A DNA stretch of 64,000 nucleotides from Novakomyces olei. Lineage: Eukaryota. The notes below the pieces were generated by a model. The model was given only the letters and a program-made list of their open reading frames with translations, was not told where the DNA came from and did no database searches. The stretch's first letter is position 1. Every line of letters begins with the position of its first letter. Positions 51,393 through 64,000 of the stretch are shown here, in pieces. The DNA is taken from the NCBI GenBank assembly GCA_016906335.1, contig JADEYG010000003.1:372001-436000 (forward strand), given 5' to 3'. The position numbers were made by a program, and so were the translations under genes.

Positions 51393-52907
51393 TCAAAAAA
51401 AGCAAGTATCTACACCAATAGAAAACTCCCAAACTAATATACAGCGGTCGGCAGAGCAGCTCATTATTTTTGTTTCGTCAAATTGCAATTTAAAAATGTG
51501 GTCAGTGTGCCCATTTTCCTTGAGATCACACCATAAATCTCTGCCTCGCGCATTTGTACAACCTGATTTAGCCGTATTGAACCCCCATACCTTAATGCTC
51601 TGATCATAAGACCCAGAAACAATTTTACGCCCATCCGCTTGTAAAGTACGCACAAGACCATCATGGCCCTTGAGAGTATTAAGGCATTCGCCAGTGTTCA
51701 CGTCGAATAGCCGAATAGAAAGATCAGAAGATCCAGCAACAATAACATTATCACACAGCTGAATACACGCAATCCCGCGTGCTGGTCCCTCAATAGATCG
51801 CAAACAAATGCCCGTGTCAAAATCCCAGACTTTAATAGTCCTGTCCCCCGAGGCAGAAATGATCCTATGCCCAACTTCATCAAAGTGCATAGAGTTCACG
51901 GCTGCCCTATGGCCCCATAGTTTTCGTAGCATAACCGGTTCAGTACCGTCACGCCCCCCGTGCCTGTCCCATACGCAGATAGTCTTGTCCCTTGAGCAGG
52001 AGACAATATAATCATCATTAAATTTTAGAGAAAGTACGCTTTCCGTATGGCCAGTTAACCGTTTTAATAGTCGTCCGGTATAAAGGTTCCATATAATGAT
52101 GCTAGTGTCGCTAGACCCCGACATGATTATCCCCTCACGGCCGTTGAACTGGAGACACAGCACGGAGCCTGTATGGCCATGCAGGGAGAATGATAACTGC
52201 CTTGTATGGAAATTCCACACCTTTATTGTACGGTCCCTGCTGCCAGTCACGACATGATCTCTATCAAACTGAAGGCAGTAAATCCCTTCTTCATGGCTCG
52301 CTGCCGACAGCGTATTTGCACCATTTTCCCCAGCGCCAGCCCCGGCTCCGGGAGTGGTAGGGTGAGAAAAGCTCCATATTGAATAATGGCCGTTTCGCCA
52401 GTTTTGGTCGAGGAGGTGGTGCTGCCTGTATAAATACCGCCAGTTTAGCAGGTACCGATCCCCTTCCAAGGTAACATGGCACGGCTGAAAAGGCAGAGGC
52501 AAGTCACATTGTTTCCCATATTTCCCCTCATTCTGTTCCGACAAAATCTGTTCCAGACGGGCAATCTGCTGCTCATTACAGCCCCATCCTTCTCGTTTGT
52601 ACAGCGTTCGCCAGAGCATTGCATGGGTTGCGTGCCTGCGCCAGCGCTTACTTACACTGGCCGCGCCAAGCACATCGTGGACGCTCAAATACCCGAAAAT
52701 ATGCCTCACGATTTCATCCGGAAAAAGCAGGACAAAATCTCGATGGATAATGGGGAGTATCCGCTCATGAAGCTCCGCGACACTGTGCACCGGCAGCGTC
52801 AAAATGATCTGGTGAGCGAGATCAGATCGCTGAGCCGTAGAGAGATCAGAGATCCACGACGGTACAACGCTAGTGTCCTCGTCCATATATCCTTCGTCGT
52901 CATACAT
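51393..52907 (-). CDS. F-box/WD40 protein, beta-TrCP/Pof11/FWD-1-like, intronless
   Basis: F-box (DFVLLFPDEI...VSKRW); WD40 repeats IYCLQFD, GHTGSVLCLQF, GHRAAVN, SASGDRTIKVW and RGIAC. Confidence 0.92.
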   Translation of the reverse strand: MYDDEGYMDEDTSVVPSWISDLSTAQRSDLAHQIILTLPVHSVAELHERILPIIHRDFVLLFPDEIVRHIFGYLSVHDVLGAASVSKRWRRHATHAMLWRTLYKREGWGCNEQQIARLEQILSEQNEGKYGKQCDLPLPFQPCHVTLEGDRYLLNWRYLYRQHHLLDQNWRNGHYSIWSFSHPTTPGAGAGAGENGANTLSAASHEEGIYCLQFDRDHVVTGSRDRTIKVWNFHTRQLSFSLHGHTGSVLCLQFNGREGIIMSGSSDTSIIIWNLYTGRLLKRLTGHTESVLSLKFNDDYIVSCSRDKTICVWDRHGGRDGTEPVMLRKLWGHRAAVNSMHFDEVGHRIISASGDRTIKVWDFDTGICLRSIEGPARGIACIQLCDNVIVAGSSDLSIRLFDVNTGECLNTLKGHDGLVRTLQADGRKIVSGSYDQSIKVWGFNTAKSGCTNARGRDLWCDLKENGHTDHIFKLQFDETKIMSCSADRCILVWEFSIGVDTCFF

Positions 52908-53040
52908 TTCGCCAAATCAATCAGCTATCAAACTGCCCGTGGACGAGCTAGCAGTTCATTGCGACTGGCAACGAACATAAGCTTTTATTTATTTACAATA
53001 AATATGTGGAAATATGTTGAATAAATAAAATAAAATAAAA

Positions 53041-53235
53041 TATATTATATTATATTATATTATATTATATTATATTATATTATATTATATTATATTATAT
53101 TATATTATATTATATTATATTATATTATATTATATTATATTATATTATATTATATTATATTATATTATATTATATTATATTATATTATATTATATTATAT
53201 TATATTATATTATATTATATTATATTATATTATAT
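53041..53235. repeat. (TATAT)n microsatellite, about 39 units
   Basis: Perfect 5-bp period array between divergent genes. Confidence 0.97.
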
Positions 53236-53351
53236 TCATATAAATATAAAAAATAGATATAGTATATACAGCAATTGTCCATACGTCCATGTCCACGGCA
53301 ACGCCGGCAGGCGAACTAGCATTACCTTATCAGCTGGTTTAAAAGGTCCCA

Positions 53352-56300
53352 ATGGCTCCGGAAAAGAAGCCAAATTTTGTGCCTTTATCTCCCTGGGTTT
53401 ACGATACGGTTTTATGGTTCCTGTCGGTTTTGGTCGATTTGTTCTTCCGGGAAGTCAAATCGCGGGGATCCTATCGTGTGCCCCGGCATTCGCCGCTCAT
53501 ATTCGTCGCGGGGCCTCATGCTAACCAGGTATTATTTTTAACAGTCTTTTTTGGAGACTAATCTTAATATTCGTCTTGGATCTGTTGCAATTTTACTAAC
53601 TCTCAAGTTTGTTGACGCCCTGATTCTCATGCGTCAGGTGCGTCTTGAAATCAAACGACGCGTTTCGAATTTGGTGGCAGAACACTCTTACCGTCGACGA
53701 TTCATTGGGTTTATGTCCCGTGCAATTGGTGCCAGTATGCTTGTCAATTATCAGAACATTTAATCTATTTTTGCTCGGCGTTTTGATTGTTGGCGTTAAC
53801 GTCCATTATCATTGTTTGATAGCCTGTATTTCTCATTTTCTTTTATTTTATCCTTTGTCAACTTACCGTCCGTGACACAGTGCATATCATTTCATATTTA
53901 AGTCACGAACCAAATAGTTTTGCATAGTCTTTTACCTTGCCGCATTTTTGACGGCTCTTTCTCTCGCTGTTTTGTTTACTATTTACCATTTGTTCAAATA
54001 TGTACACATTTCGCCTTTATATCCCTCTAAATAAAGCTGTCTCAAGCTTGATCATGTCTTTACAATAACTATACCTATACCTATACCTTGACATTTATCC
54101 TTCTGATTTTTGTATATTAAAATGCCGAGGCCCAGATCTCCAACGCAGTACTAACAAACAGTCCCTGTGGCTAGAAGGCAGGACCTAACAAAATCTGGCC
54201 CTGGTCGTGTTTACCGGGACTCTGGTGATGATTCTAGCTTGCTGCGTGGTCGTGAAACAAAATTTACTCAACTCGAAGCCGGCTGGTCCATATTTCTTCC
54301 TGGAGACTCTGGCTCTGCGGAGATTGCAGAGATAGTCTCCGACACAGAACTCAAAATAAAGCGTGATTTCCGTGAGCCTGCTCATGCGGCCAAGTACCTC
54401 TCAAAGCCAGATGGCTCGCCGTACAAGTACGCTCCTAAAGTTGACCAGGCAGCCGTTTATGAAGAGGTGTATCGACGTCTGGACCACAATGGATGCATTG
54501 CAATTTTCCCAGAAGGTGGCTCGCATGATAGAACTGAGCTTTTGCCTCTCAAAGCCGGAGTGGCTATTATGGCACTCGGTGCGCTAGCCAGGAACCCTGA
54601 TTTAGGTTTAAAAATTGTGCCTTGTGGAATGAATTATTTCCATGCTCACAAATTTCGTTCCCGTGCAATTTTGGAGTTTGGATCTCCGCTGGAAGTGCCT
54701 CACCGCCTAGTGGAAATGTATAAATCTGGTGAAAGAAAGGATGCAATCAAACAGCTCTTGGAAATGGTAACGGACGCTATGATTTCCGTGACTGTTAATA
54801 CTCCAGACCTGGAAACTTTGCAAGTAATTCAGGCAGGGCGACGACTCTATAAGCCAGTTAATCGACGATTGCCGTTGGCTCAGATTGTAGAATTGAACAG
54901 ACGATTTGTGAAGGGCTATGAAAAGTATAAGGACGATCCTCGTGTCGCCAGTTTGCGAACAGAAATTTTGCGATATAACAAGGAACTTTCTCTGCTCGGT
55001 ATAAGGGACCACCAAGTTCAAAAGGCAAAATTTGGATTGCCCAAGATTGTTAGCATGCTGACTTGGAGAGTAATTAAACTCGTCGTTCTTGGACTCCTTG
55101 CTCTTCCCGGTGCAATCTTGTTTTCTCCAGTGTTTCTAGCGACTTCACATATTAGCAAAGTGAAAGCTAAAGGTAATGCTTGCCATTCGCTTTATTTACT
55201 AAATCTATCAAATTGGTTGTCCTTCTACAACTGCTAGCTACAGTATTGAAGGTTTTAAATTCGATTAAGTTTTCTTTAGCTGATTTATTAATGTACCCAA
55301 GAATATTTGTGTTGAGCTTCTCGTGCCAGACCCCTTTTTGTTTCTTTAATAATTTTCTATTCGTTCCTTTCTTTCCATACCTTTTTTTGAATGATTATTG
55401 TTAAACTTTTATTACTTTTACTATCTCCTTTCCAAGATTTGATTTTGATTTATTTCAGAAATAGATTTCCCATCTAACTGCTTGTTTAGAAGCCCTTGAG
55501 GGTTCGTCGGTTAAGGTACGAGCACGTGACGTTTTAGCCACATGGAAACTTCTAGTCGCTCTCGGATTCGCACCAGTCTTGTACATTTTTTATTCATTAT
55601 TGGCCACGTTTATAGTGTATCGCAATGGATATATCAGCAGCGGCTCGCACAAAATCCTGCTTGTCCCTGTCGCGGCAATGATTGTCTTGCCTATAATAAC
55701 GTTTGCAGCTTTACGCTTTGGGGAAACGGGTATGGATATATACAAAAGCCTGAGGCCCCTGACGCTCTCACTCGACCCAAGCTCAGCAAATACTCTGAGC
55801 CAATTGCGATATACCCGTGATCATTTAGCTGCAGAATTAACAGATCTGATAAATACACTGGCACCACAGGTGTTTGATGATTTTGGCAAAGAGCGTCTTG
55901 TGTCAATGCCAGATGCTTTAACAACTATCGAACGTGCAGAGCGTGAAGGCCTTTACCATCGCCGTAAAAGGCACCATCGTCGATTATCCTCGGCCAGTAT
56001 TGGATCGGAGAGCGAAATGCCGGCTTTAGGAGGCAGAAGTGGAAGAGGATCAGCAGGAGCAGGTGCAGGATCAGCCGTTGCTTCAAGGGCAACTAGTCCC
56101 TTTAGCCGTAGCTATTCTCGTCATAAAATTACTGCATCAGACGCTAGTGATTTGTCTCATGAGAATTACAGGTCCCGTTCTCAATCGGCCTCGAGTCTGG
56201 ATACAAGAACGGGAGAGTTATCAAGCGAGGAGGACGCTCAGCAAAGGCAGAGCCAGCAGCCGTCTGGAGTTACAGGCAGGACTTATAGCACTGCACAAAA

Positions 56301-56457
56301 GGAACAGTTGTCTCAAAGAATTCGCACTTCATTGTCCCAGCGAATGCAGCAACGAGCAACTGATTTGCGACGAGGGTACAAGGGAATGACTCCAGAGAAC
56401 GCTGTTTTCAGCGATTCTAGTTCCGATAGCGATGCTGCCTCGGACGAGGAGACGTGA
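53352..56457 (+). CDS. Glycerol-3-phosphate/DHAP O-acyltransferase (Sct1/Gpt2-like); exons 53352-53528, 53608-53734, 54162-55172, 55490-56457
   Basis: GPHANQFVD (HxxxxD), IPVARRQD, FPEGGSHDR, VPCGMNYF and DVLATWK. Confidence 0.93.
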
Positions 56458-57285
56458 TTAAACAAGATTTAGGAGACATTACGGATTAAGACGGGGAAGA
56501 GAAGGGAAAAGAAAGTAAAAGAGATGAATAAGGATAATATAATTCTAGAAAAGCCTTCGTTTTTTGTGGTGTTTCAAAACCTCAATTAAATGAAATGATT
56601 GAACGAACAAATTCTTTTTCCTTATTTTTCTTCAAAAATTTCCCTTCGTATTCAATCGATATCGATATCGATATCTCTGTTTTTAAATTTTTCATGTGCT
56701 GATTCTCCTGCAGACATTACTATTACTCCTCGCTTCATGATCAGCAATAAATGTTAATATTAGGCACAGCAGCAAGTAATCATACTGTTTGTATATTATT
56801 CCCTACTTGATTTAATTAAAGCCAACAATAGTTTATCGTTTTCAGCAATTGGTGGCTTGGAACACGCGGTAGCGTGAAACACGCACCGTTTGAGGCCAAA
56901 AAGGATAAATGTTGACCCGAACGTCACAATGTTTACGCTTGTCGCTATTTAATGCTCTGCAAAAAGTAGCCCAGTCGCAATTCAGATTCCTTCATTATTA
57001 CCGTTATCCGTTAATCTCATCCTGGGTTTGTAGTTTTAAGCCCGTGTGCGTATACGTATCGCCAAGCTGTACGAGTGTTACTTATTGCCAGCATTCTATT
57101 TATATACTCGCAATAATACTCCTTATTATACACAACGACAGGTTTACGCGGATTATTATATAATAAATAAATCGCTATTTATTCCCAAAATTTAACACGC
57201 TTCTTTTCAAACACGTGTGGCATTTGCAAAGTCGCAATTGCCGCATCATTTTTGGCTATTATTTCACGACATCGATTGATACGTG

Positions 57286-59151
57286 ATGAAGGCTTTAATT
57301 CTTGTCGGAGGTGAGTTGTTCAATTGCATTTTCTTGATAATTGCGACGCGTGTAAAAGCGCTTTTCTTTTGCCTGTTCTTTTTCGCTATAAGAACAGATC
57401 CGGCGTGCTCTACACGGTGAAGCAGCTCTCGATTGGTTTTTTTGTTTATTTCCTTTTTAGCGTCCGAATTGCCGATGACTTTGCTGTCCTTTTGTCGCCG
57501 TTATAACAGTGTTCACTCCTCTCGTCAATGCTTCACCTACATTTCCACGAAAATGGCGTGTGCTTCTTTTCCAACTCATGAATCAAATATTGCACGGATT
57601 AAACTGTGCCTTTTTAATACCGTCTCCTCGCCTTGTCTTTTTATTTGATTTAAACTGCCATCAATCATCTACCGGCAATGAGCTCTTGTACTAACGCATC
57701 AGGTTTTGGAACGAGGCTTCGGCCATTGGTACCTTGTGAAACTTGGAAAAGCGCGTACTAAATAATATAACAGACACTTACGCTGCCTAAACCGCTAGTC
57801 GAGGTACGTTGGTTTTTTTTTTTTTGTGCTTGCAAATGCTATTTTTTCAATCGAATACTGACGTGCAGTTTGCCAATAGACCGATGATTTGTACGGGAAA
57901 TGCCTTTTATTAAATACTGATCCTGCAGTACATCAAGTAGAAGCTTTAGCTGCGGCAGGTGTTACGGATATCGTACTGGCTGTGAATTACCGACCAGAGA
58001 TTATGGTGAAAGCTTTACAAAAGTACGAAGAGCAGTATGGAGTACGTATCACTTTTAGTGTGGAAACAGAGCCATTAGGAACCGCGGGTCCTTTAGCCCT
58101 AGCACGAGAAATTCTGGGCAAAGACGACTCCCCTTTCTTTGTGTTAAACTCGGATGTTATTTGCGATTATCCTTTCCCGGATCTTTTGAAGTTCCACAAG
58201 TCTCATGGGAAAAATGGAACAATTGTCGTGACTAAAGTCGAAGAGCCAAGCAAGTATGGTGTGGTTGTAATGCACCCAAACTCTTCTCAAATCCAGAGTT
58301 TTGTGGAAAAGCCGGCTCAGTTTGTATCTAACCGAATCAATGCTGGCCTTTACATTTTGAATCCAGCTATGTTGGATCTGATTGAGCTGCGCCCTACCAG
58401 TATCGAAAAGGAAGTTTTCCCGAAAATGGTATCCATGGGCGAATTACACTCTTACGACCTGAAGGGATATTGGATGGTAATTGAATAATAAAATAACAGT
58501 ATCAAGTTTTTTTTTCTGCTCTTGTTCGCCTTTATGTTTATTTTATCAAGTTTTCTCTTGCTCTCTGTTGCATTGTCTAATACTCCAGGATGTCGGCCAG
58601 CCGAAAGACTACTTGACAGGCACTTGCCTCTATCTAAGCTCGCTACAAGAAAAGAAACCGGAACAATTGGCTTCCTACGATGCGAAATCGAGCAAAACAC
58701 ATATAATTGGACCTGTTCTGATTGATCCTTCCGCCAAAATTGGCGAAGGATGTAAAATCGGACCAAATGTTGTCATTGGGCCTAACGTTGTTATTGGCAA
58801 CGGCGTACGGCTGCAACGATGTGTGCTCTTGGATGGAGCTCGTGCCAAAGACCACGCTTGGGTGCATAGCTCAATCATTGGTTGGCACTCTAGCCTTGGA
58901 CGCTGGTCTCGCTTAGAAAATGTCAGTGTCTTGGGCGATGACGTGGCCATCAAAGATGAAGTCTATGTGAACGGTAATATACAATAAACTAAAAACAATA
59001 TTAAAACGAAATAAAACCAAACCAAAGAAGAATTTAATAAATAATAACTGAAGACCAAACTTGAAGAAATTTCGCTAACGAATTAGGTGGCTCTATCCTC
59101 CCACACAAGAGTATCAGTGCCAACATTGAGACGCCTACTATCGTGATGTAG
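57286..59151 (+). CDS. PSA1: Mannose-1-phosphate guanylyltransferase; exons 57286-57310, 57703-57728, 57774-57803, 57869-57890, 57929-58476, 58589-58973, 59087-59151
   Basis: Spliced [60 protein letters not shown], hexapeptide repeats and ILPHKSI. Confidence 0.96.
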
Positions 59152-60150
59152 ACGAGAGACTAAATGCATAAAATTTCCTTTATATTTACATGGCCTTTAT
59201 GTGCGGGCTCATAAAGTTTGCCTGACTAATAATTGCTTTGTTTTTTTTTTTTTTTGCCTCTTGAAGATTTTGAATCATGCTTTTGAACCGATTTACTGCT
59301 CACAGTTTCTAATCTCCTGATCGCTTTCCTAGTATACAAATATTATCAGCTTACCTGGCAGTCTATATATAACTGTATTGATCCTGATATCAGTTTGTCC
59401 TGTACAAGTTTCAACATAACTTTGTGAATTTTTATTGTTTGCTTCCATCCTTTGTATTTAAAAATAAAATGGTTTCGGAGTAAATGAATTTATAAAATTT
59501 GAACTGAAATAGGCCAATAAATTATTTACTTTTTTTTTGGTTTGGTATATTACAGTTAGCATTAGCTTCAATTAATAGATTGGACCACAGATGAAAGACC
59601 GCCAAGAATCAATACAGGAGACACATAAATTTTATTTAGTGGGTTATGCTTTAAAATGCTGATCATTCACTCACTTGCAAATGCTGCACGGGCAAAGAGC
59701 TTTAAATGTGGCTCGTACATTATTATTATTATTGTTATTATTATTATTATTATTTTATTCTATTAATATTATTAATCATCAGATAACAGTCGGAATAAAT
59801 TTGCTTAAAAAGTAGCACAAATACAGCCCCAAAACAAGAGACAGCAAAGCAAGGAGAATAAAGCAAGGAGAATCCCCGTTTGCCCTTGGCGCGATAGATA
59901 GATATATGTATGTATGTATTATATATATAACAGTAATTCCACTAAGAGTAAGGGCTAAAGTATCGGCGAGCTAATGGATACGGTAATGCTCCCCCAACCT
60001 TTTCTGTTCGTATTGGTAAAATAGAGGCCCAGTGTGCAGTAAACCCAATATAAAAATTATAGTATAATAAATACGCGAGATTAATAATAATCGAGTAAAT
60101 AACGAAAAAAAGGAAGCAGCTAGCCTACCTAATAAACCCCCTCCCCAACC

Positions 60151-63084
60151 ATGTTTTGGCGGCTAGGTGGGTTCGGGTTTCATAATGTTTCGGCTATTGA
60201 TCAGTTACTGGAGAAGCCTCAGGAGGAAATCAGCTTAGAGGAGATTTTGGACGAGGAGACTGTCCTTGAAGAGTGCAAGCAGGCCAATTCGAAATTAATC
60301 GAGTACCTGCGGCAGGATGAGATTCTGGACAAGTTAATGCGATACGTCGTGGCAGACACGGACGTGAATGCTGCGGCTCCGAACGCGTCAGAGGAGATAA
60401 CCTCTGCTTCGGCTTCGACTCCTGTCTCACTGAGGTACGCGTATATTGCCAGTGAGATTCTATCGTGTGATGTTTGGAGTATTTGCGAGGCAATTGTGGA
60501 AAACGAGCCTATGCTACGTGAATTTTGGTCTTTTTTGGACAGAGATGCGCCTCTAAACCCGTTGCAGGCGTCGTATTTCACCAAAGTTAATGAGCAGCTA
60601 TTGGAGAAAAAGACGGATTTCATGATCCCCTTTATCAAATCTATCCCCGATATAGTGCAAAAGATCCTGAACCATATCGATACGAGTGCAATAATGGACC
60701 TTTTACTCAAGCTCATCAGTATGGAAAAGTTTGATCCTGGAGAGACGGCTGTTGTTGATTGGCTGTACGACCAGCATTTAATCGATTTGCTTATGGATAA
60801 GATGTCTGCTTATGTGGACCCGGACACGCAGTCTACGGTGGCCGATGTTCTCAAGGCAATTATCGCTATTTCTGCAAACTCAACTGAACAGGGTGTAATT
60901 GGACCTAATTCGTTATCCCGAGCTCTTGTTTCTGGACCTATGATTGAGAAGCTTATTTCTTTTATGCTCCATCCAACTGCTCCGCACTCTACAGCGAGTC
61001 TCACAAACGGTGTTTCGATTATCATTGAGCTTATCAGGAAAAACAACAGCGACTACGACGTTCAGCCCGTATTGAATCTGCCCATCAGTGTGAAGCAGCC
61101 AACGATTCGTGATCCTGTTTACCTGGGGACTATGCTCCGACTGTTTTCCGAGAATATTTCTCGATTTCAAGAACTGCTTGAGCACCCAAAGAATACAAAG
61201 GATGAGGTATTAACGACTTTTGGGAAAATTAAACCGTTGGGCTTTGAAAGATTCCGTATCTGTGAACTGTATGCAGAACTATTACACTGCAGTAATATGG
61301 GTCTGCTGAACGATCCGGATGGAGAGATTATGGTGGCTGAACGTGACATGGCCCGCGAGCTGTTGAGAGAGCGTGAAAAGGCCGCTCTTTTAGGTGATGA
61401 AAAGCCAGAACATAATGAGGATAGCAATGAGGACGAGAAAAGGTTGTCTGCAGGTAATTCTGCTGCTGAAACAGACAAAGGCTCTGGATCGAACGAGAAA
61501 GAGTCTGATTCTGACCATTCTGCTTTACCCTCAGAGGGCTTACAAGAGAAAGCTGGAGACGATCATCATCGAGACATATCGCTACAGTCTTCTCACGGGG
61601 AAAACGAAGAAGAAAAAATTAGCCCAGTAGACGATGACGATGAATTAGCTATTGACGAGGCGGAAGCAGAGTCTGGCAAAGAGCAGAATTCAGAAATACC
61701 CTCGGAATATGGAGACCACGAGTTTTACATTGAGTTTCCGCCAAAGGAAAGAGAGACTTTACAGGCTCTAACGGCCCGTGTCTCTCGAGGGCCAATCGTT
61801 GGCGATTTGTTAAAGATGCAATTTGTAGAGCATCGAGTCGTGCCGCGGATACTGGTAAGTTTTCACTTTCTGATTATCGATTAGTGTATTTGACTATGTC
61901 TGAATAGGTTTGAATACAGCTAAAATGTTTATTAATTTTTTATTTACATTATTTACGTTTTTTAAATTTATATTAAATTTATTGTTTATACTAACCAATC
62001 ACAGACACTCTTTTTCGAATACCCCTGGAACAATTTTCTTCACAATGTTGTATACGACGTGATCCAGCAAGTATTCGGAGGCCCGATGGCCAAAGGTTTC
62101 AATAGAAGTTTAGCTATTGATGTATTTGTGGAGGGCCGAATATGTGAGCTTATTGTTGAGGGCCAAAAGAAAAACGATGAAGCAATGGCAGGCTCTCCCG
62201 GCGTTCGTCTCGGCTACATGGGCCATTTAACCCTAATTGCGGACGAAATTGTCAAATTTACAGAGCGCTACCACCCAATAGAGCTCTTTTCCGCACAAGT
62301 CCATGAGCGTGTAATGAACGCAGAGTGGATAAATTTTGTGGACGACGTCTTGCAGGCAACGAGGGCACGGGACAACCTTATCCTCGGAGGCGAAAGACCT
62401 TCGACTCCGCTTATACGGACATCCAGCCCAGATTTGTCCCTGCAAGAGACTGACCCTTACTTGTCTGGCAAATCGTTCATGGAGATGTCATTGGACAGCA
62501 ATTCGCACCTTATGAACTTTGATGATGACGATGATGAGGAGGAAGACGAAGATGAAGACGATGAAGACGAAGAAGATGAAGAAGAAATAGATCAAGGAGA
62601 CCAAGGCACAGGACCCCGGCACGGTCGGAGACGAAGACATGGTGCGAGTGAGGATACAGACGAGATCTCTCAGCGAATGCTATCAGCGTCACTTGGAGGG
62701 GACGATTCCGGGGACGAGGACCGGCTTGTTCGGCAGCCGAGCCATGCTTTTGACGATGCTGGACAAGACGGGGATCCGGATGTATTGAATAGACAAGGCG
62801 ATGGTGTTGACTTGGGGGACAACTACTCTCTTTTATTGAACAGGCACGAAGCAGGGCCGCCTGCCTATGATACGTCTGACGAAGAAGAGGATGAAGAAGA
62901 GCAGGAAGAGGCGAACCCGTACAGTGTACAGTTAAGTGACGATCATGGCGAGTTTGGCTTGCAGAGTCCACGGCCGGCGGAGGAGGCTCAGGATCACAGT
63001 GGGCAACTACCACAAGAACCAGAGAGCCAGACTGATCAGTATGGTCTGCGCGTCTCTGAGCATGAACTAGGAGAGGAACAGTGA
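60151..63084 (+). CDS. SIT4/PP6 phosphatase-associated protein (SAPS family, Sap185/190/Ekc1-like); exons 60151-61854, 62005-63084
   Basis: MFWR, IIELIRKNNSDYD, LGFERFRICELYAELLHCSNM, YPWNNFLH and RLGYMGHL. Confidence 0.94.
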
Positions 63085-63640
63085 TCCTGGCAGTTTGGTC
63101 ACATTGCTTGTGGCAATGCTTTTGCTCGTCAAAACTTTTCTACTTTATCTCTTGTCTTTATCCTTTTATATTCATGTCATTTCATGCTTTATTCCATTTT
63201 CAATCAGGCATTATTTCTATTCAAGTTTGCCCGGCGTTTTATTGTCAGAACACGAAAATGGGAAGAGGCAAGACAATGTGTAAAGGTATTATTCCCTTCT
63301 CATTTATCCGTGTTTGCTTTTCAGTTCGATGGCCAGATTGAGATGGGCTGTTTTGATACATGGACGCTTGGCTTGAAGGCAAACGGTGGCCTAGAGTTGA
63401 ATGGAATTTCCCTCTTATATATATGAATCTACGTAGAGCGGGTATGTCAGAATGCCCTTTGGCATTGGTGTAAATTGTGTCATCAAATAATGTACATTAT
63501 TGTCAAACGTGTTTCTGCAAATATGCTCTTATGGATAGAAATTGGCTGTCTGCTCTGCAAGTTGCCTCGCGTCCAAGAGTAGTAGAATCATTTTACATCG
63601 ATGTCATCATCGGGCTGTATTTTCTATTTTCCTATACATA

Positions 63641-63734
63641 CTCTGTATATTCTGTATATTCTGTATATTCTACATAATCAATATAATCAGTATATAACCG
63701 TATTTATTTTTCTATACATACTCTGTATATCTGT
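63641..63734. repeat. Degenerate 9-bp (CTGTATATT) repeats
   Basis: Three tandem units at about 63643-63669 and related copies near 63723. Confidence 0.7.
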
Positions 63735-63876
63735 ATTCCTATTTCTTTCATGTATACCCATATTATATACTTTAAACTTGCATTGCAATTCTCGCCAATC
63801 ACAAATCACAAATATAAACACTACAATAAACCGGCGAGATCCATCCAAAGACGGAGCAAAAGACTGAGCAAACGCA

Positions 63877-64000
63877 ATGCTTCACGCGGCTCGCCGTAGC
63901 AGTCTCGTAAAGAGCAGTCAGCTCAATTTACGTACATTTGCTACAGTAACAGATCCGCCTGCCCCGCCAAAGCGAACATCGTTTGGAAACTTGTCGGATC
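63877..64000 (+). CDS. NADH:ubiquinone oxidoreductase 51-kDa subunit (NDUFV1/Nuo51), N-terminus only; absent from the ORF track
   Basis: MLHAARRSSLVKSSQLNLRTFATVTDPPAPPKRTSFGNLSD: presequence-like leader followed by the TSFGxLxD motif that precedes DRIF in this family. Confidence 0.75.
   Translation, partial: MLHAARRSSLVKSSQLNLRTFATVTDPPAPPKRTSFGNLSD

Noticed and set aside
59350..59361. CTTACCTGGCAG matching the U1 snRNA 5' end
   Set aside because: Preceded by G rather than A, with no AUUGCAC loop or U1 fold downstream.
62510..63013. His/Leu/Arg-rich minus-strand ORF
   Set aside because: Antisense shadow of the acidic SAPS tail.

Overview
This is a gene-dense, intron-rich fungal (ascomycete) nuclear window. 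I can support 24 protein-coding genes, two of them truncated at the window edges, and I reconstructed about 45 spliceosomal introns by hand. In order: amino-acid permease (partial), a divergent amidohydrolase / uric acid-xanthine permease pair, MEX67, an agmatinase-family enzyme ending in HDEL, an intronless cellulose-synthase-like GT2, an aldo-keto reductase, a C2H2 transcription factor, DPH6/RIB7, an FAH hydrolase, an M1 aminopeptidase, an SDR epimerase, an F-box/LRR protein with CaaX, an RPP1-RPS18-RPL4 cluster with Homol-D/Homol-E boxes, a hybrid histidine kinase behind a 12-bp minisatellite, a class I GATase, 8-unit polyubiquitin, SNX4, an F-box/WD40 protein, a G3P acyltransferase, PSA1, a SAPS protein and the start of the complex I 51-kDa subunit. 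An early-diverging ascomycete is likely (inference). I found no transposon, tRNA, rRNA or CRISPR. I cannot claim a clear-cut new system. The best leads are the ER-retained ureohydrolase, the cellulose-synthase-like gene, the purine import/deamination pair, the AUG-less repeat frame continuous with the histidine kinase, and unusually degenerate splice signals. All exon structures are predictions from sequence alone.
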